The notes under the pieces were generated by a model. That model was not told the origin of the DNA, ran no database searches, and saw nothing but the letters and a program-made list of their open reading frames with translations. This document shows, one piece after another, positions 30,386 to 32,455 of a DNA stretch of 32,455 bases; within the stretch, counting starts at the first letter, position 1, and each line of letters starts with the position of its first letter. The stretch spans positions 60,416,127 through 60,448,581 of the forward strand of contig NC_068983.1 of assembly GCF_001194135.2 (NCBI RefSeq), written 5' to 3'. The position numbers and the translations under genes were made by a program. The stretch is from Octopus bimaculoides (taxonomy: Eukaryota).

Positions 30386-32100
30386 GTATACATGTATTTC
30401 TGTATATATGTGTATCTCCAAGTGATTCCATCTATACATATCTCACTATTCACCAACCATGTTGACTAATTACTCCACTTCACTGACTTAGTAATTAATT
30501 AATCCAAACAATACCAGAAACTTAATGGTAGTTTCCATATTGATTGTCATGGTGCAAATATCCTGTAGGATGTGATTCGTTTCAATCATATTGCTGAGTT
30601 TTAATTATGTTCTCATCTTCTACGATTCTCTCAGTTGCTTGTCGTGTGACAGACTCGGGCATTTCTTCACCATATATAAATAATCATGAAATAAACTTCT
30701 AGTTTCCAAGGGAAAAAGACATTCCTTCAATTCCATCTTNNNNNNNNNNNNNNNNNNNNNNNNNNNNNNNNNNNNNNNNNNNNNNNNNNNNNNNNNNNNN
30801 NNNNNNNNNNNNNNNNNNNNNNNNNNNNNNNNNNNNNNNNNNNNNNNNNNNNNNNNNNNNNNNNNNNNNNNNNNNNNNNNNNNNNNNNNNNNNNNNNNNN
30901 NNNNNNNNNNNNNNNNNNNNNNNNNNNNNNNNNNNNNNNNNNNNNNNNNNNNNNNNNNNNNNNNNNNNNNNNNNNNNNNNNNNNNNNNNNNNNNNNNNNN
31001 NNNNNNNNNNNNNNNNNNNNNNNNNNNNNNNNNNNNNNNNNNNNNNNNNNNNNNNNNNNNNNNNNNNNNNNNNNNNNNNNNNNNNNNNNNNNNNNNNNNN
31101 NNNNNNNNNNNNNNNNNNNNNNNNNNNNNNNNNNNNNNNNNNNNNNNNNNNNNNNNNNNNNNNNNNNNNNNNNNNNNNNNNNNNNNNNNNNNNNNNNNNN
31201 NNNNNNNNNNNNNNNNNNNNNNNNNNNNNNNNNNNNNNNNNNNNNNNNNNNNNNNNNNNNNNNNNNNNNNNNNNNNNNNNNNNNNNNNNNNNNNNNNNNN
31301 NNNNNNNNNNNNNNNNNNNNNNNNNNNNNNNNNNNNNNNNNNNNNNNNNNNNNNNNNNNNNNNNNNNNNNNNNNNNNNNNNNNNNNNNNNNNNNNNNNNN
31401 NNNNNNNNNNNNNNNNNNNNNNNNNNNNNNNNNNNNNNNNNNNNNNNNNNNNNNNNNNNNNNNNNNNNNNNNNNNNNNNNNNNNNNNNNNNNNNNNNNNN
31501 NNNNNNNNNNNNNNNNNNNNNNNNNNNNNNNNNNNNNNNNNNNNNNNNNNNNNNNNNNNNNNNNNNNNNNNNNNNNNNNNNNNNNNNNNNNNNNNNNNNN
31601 NNNNNNNNNNNNNNNNNNNNNNNNNNNNNNNNNNNNNNNNNNNNNNNNNNNNNNNNNNNNNNNNNNNNNNNNNNNNNNNNNNNNNNNNNTGCTTAACTTC
31701 CTCTCCTCTGTGTTACGAGTGGTGATATCCAAGTTTGCTGGTGATGCGACAAAACTGGAGAACATGTCACAGCACATCATGTCCCAGATTATGGATTTAC
31801 CTCCCTTATCTGGGAAGAGGGTTATTCTATCGGGGTGGTCACCATCACTGTTGTCAAGACCTACAGGCTCTACTTATGATGAGAAGCCATGTACATCGAG
31901 ACCCCTTCTGATAATGTCAGCAAGCCACAACATACATAGATCAGAATTGGACCCCAAGACACGTAAGGTCCCCAGGCAACTGCTCAGTATGCCCATGCCT
32001 TGAGATGTCACAGCTTGTTGGTTTAATATATATAGAGCCAAATGGTTAAGAAGTTTTGCTTTGCAACCTCCAGGTCCTATGTTCCATATCACTGCATCAT
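30367..32100 (-). repeat. Right arm of the long inverted duplication (contains a gap); includes a second RLE relic copy at 31690-32100
   Basis: Reverse complement of 24359-25915. ORF 30620..31780 repeats CCDMFSSFVASPANLDITT.NTEERKLS. Confidence 0.93.
30740..31689. other. Assembly gap (950 N)
   Basis: Run of N. Confidence 1.
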
Positions 32101-32360
32101 AATTATTCTATGTAACGATATGATATGGAAAACTCAGCAATTAACAGTTGTTACCATTGCACAGAAACAATTGTTGTGATTTGTGATTAAAGCCTGTTCA
32201 TTCCATCTTGTTTTATAAATTTTTATATACACACATGCTGATTTGCTTGTGTATACATTGTACTTGTTTCCATGAAAATTCAATGTTAAAAAAAAGTAGC
32301 ATACACGACACTGCTTTTCCCCTTCCCAGGCTACAGGCCCACACCCCCAACACCCATACT

Positions 32361-32455
32361 GTTAGGATTGGCACTCTCAACGTCGGCATGCTGAAAGGTA
32401 GATCTGGTGAAATTGTTGAGATGCTTGAACGGAGACGCGTAGATATGTGCTGCAT
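32361..32455 (+). mobile_element. RTE LINE AP-endonuclease N-terminus, open to the window end
   Basis: VRIGTLNVGMLKGRSGEIVEMLERRRVDMCC with no stop up to the window edge. Homologous to 3050-3184. Confidence 0.83.

Noticed and set aside
24359-32100. Interpreting the long inverted arms as TIRs of a giant DNA transposon (Polinton or foldback)
   Set aside because: No flanking TSD, no characteristic termini, arms made of retroelement debris, and a spacer with no transposase, polymerase or capsid coding.

Overview
This is AT-rich eukaryotic genomic DNA with four assembly gaps (2056-2551, 19075-19275, 24809-25580, 30740-31689). The SINE and MITE repertoire and microsatellite load look like an octopus (cephalopod) genome; that is recognition from memory, not a database result. 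I find no intact host protein-coding gene, and nearly all ORF-track hits are microsatellite, gap or antisense-of-transposon artefacts. The window is a layered transposon graveyard containing: about 14 tRNA-derived SINE copies of several modular types (three with TSDs); RTE LINE fragments; Penelope-like element (PLE) RT, GIY-YIG and pLTR pieces; a Gypsy integrase relic; two solo LTRs of one family, each with a 4-bp TSD; Chapaev3-like and Tc1/mariner transposase relics; hAT and mariner MITEs; and a tRNA-Ala(AGC) pseudogene. The best leads are: (i) a near-complete minimal type I hammerhead ribozyme with a palindromic, dimer-type stem III (minus strand, 2786-2835) plus degenerate relatives; (ii) a 7.7-kb inverted duplication (24359-32100) whose inner arm segments are about 99.7% identical but whose outer segments are only about 94% identical, and which carries an RLE-type retroelement fragment; (iii) a tRNA-Ala-like gene with A3:U70 instead of G3:U70; (iv) head/body/tail shuffling among SINEs; (v) multi-level nested insertions that order events in time. 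I see no firm evidence for a wholly new biological system. All alignments, translations and mismatch counts were done by eye.
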